A stretch of 32,192 nucleotides of DNA from Candidatus Lindowbacteria bacterium RIFCSPLOWO2_12_FULL_62_27 (GTDB lineage Bacteria > Lindowbacteria > 2-12-FULL-62-27): positions 1 to 32,192 of the forward strand of contig MFPR01000005.1 in NCBI GenBank assembly GCA_001784175.1. The letters are read 5' to 3'. The position numbers were made by a program, and so were the translations under genes. Shown in pieces: positions 32,102-32,192 of the stretch. The first letter of the stretch is position 1; every line of letters begins with the position of its first letter. A model generated the notes under the pieces. The model saw only the letters and a program-made list of their open reading frames with translations, did not search any database and was not told the DNA's origin.

Positions 32102-32192
32102 TTATCTCACCTCCTTGTCCAGACCCTTGTAGACCAGTTTGGGCTGGGTGCCCAGATGAGGTTTCAGGACGTTGACGCGGTTTTCCTGCGAG
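32102..32192 (-). CDS. C-terminus of an NrfC/CbcT-like 4Fe-4S subunit (partial)
   Basis: Hand translation ..SQENRVNVLKPHLGTQPKLVYKGLDKEVR*, stop 1 nt before the NrfD start. Confidence 0.7.
   Translation of the reverse strand, partial: SQENRVNVLKPHLGTQPKLVYKGLDKEVR

Overview
GC-rich diderm bacterial DNA; every credible gene is on the minus strand. The window is an anaerobic-respiration / metal(loid) island. In transcription order (right to left): (1) the tail of a Cbc/Nrf-type quinol-oxidising operon (partial 4Fe-4S subunit, NrfD anchor, ImcH-like 7-heme cytochrome), then an RHH-PIN toxin-antitoxin pair and a secreted protein. (2) A tightly coupled 15-gene, ~16 kb operon: ArsR, a Tat-exported TtrA/SrdA-family molybdoenzyme, its Fe-S subunit, a polyferredoxin, a TorD chaperone, a diheme lipoprotein, a Rieske/cytochrome b6/subunit IV-c complex, an OM barrel, FecR-PKD, Mrp, MMPL, a LolA-like protein and a second barrel. 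(3) An autoregulated module: ArsR, a Cys-rich MtrA(corrinoid)-DUF4346 fusion, a vicinal-Cys membrane protein and a CMD protein, a candidate uncharacterised B12-dependent metal(loid) system. (4) A porin-B-A-D-cytochrome c554 operon with an Arr/Psr-related molybdoenzyme whose FS0 motif has Asp in place of one Cys. (5) A porin with a DtxR/TroR-like palindrome, a CBS protein and a truncated DUF6922-like gene. The two molybdoenzyme operons share a near-identical sigma54-type promoter and a TGT-N11-ACA upstream site at the same 124-bp offset. Two related palindromic elements sit in frame inside coding regions. No rRNA, tRNA, CRISPR array or transposase was seen. Family calls come from motif recognition only; no searches were run.
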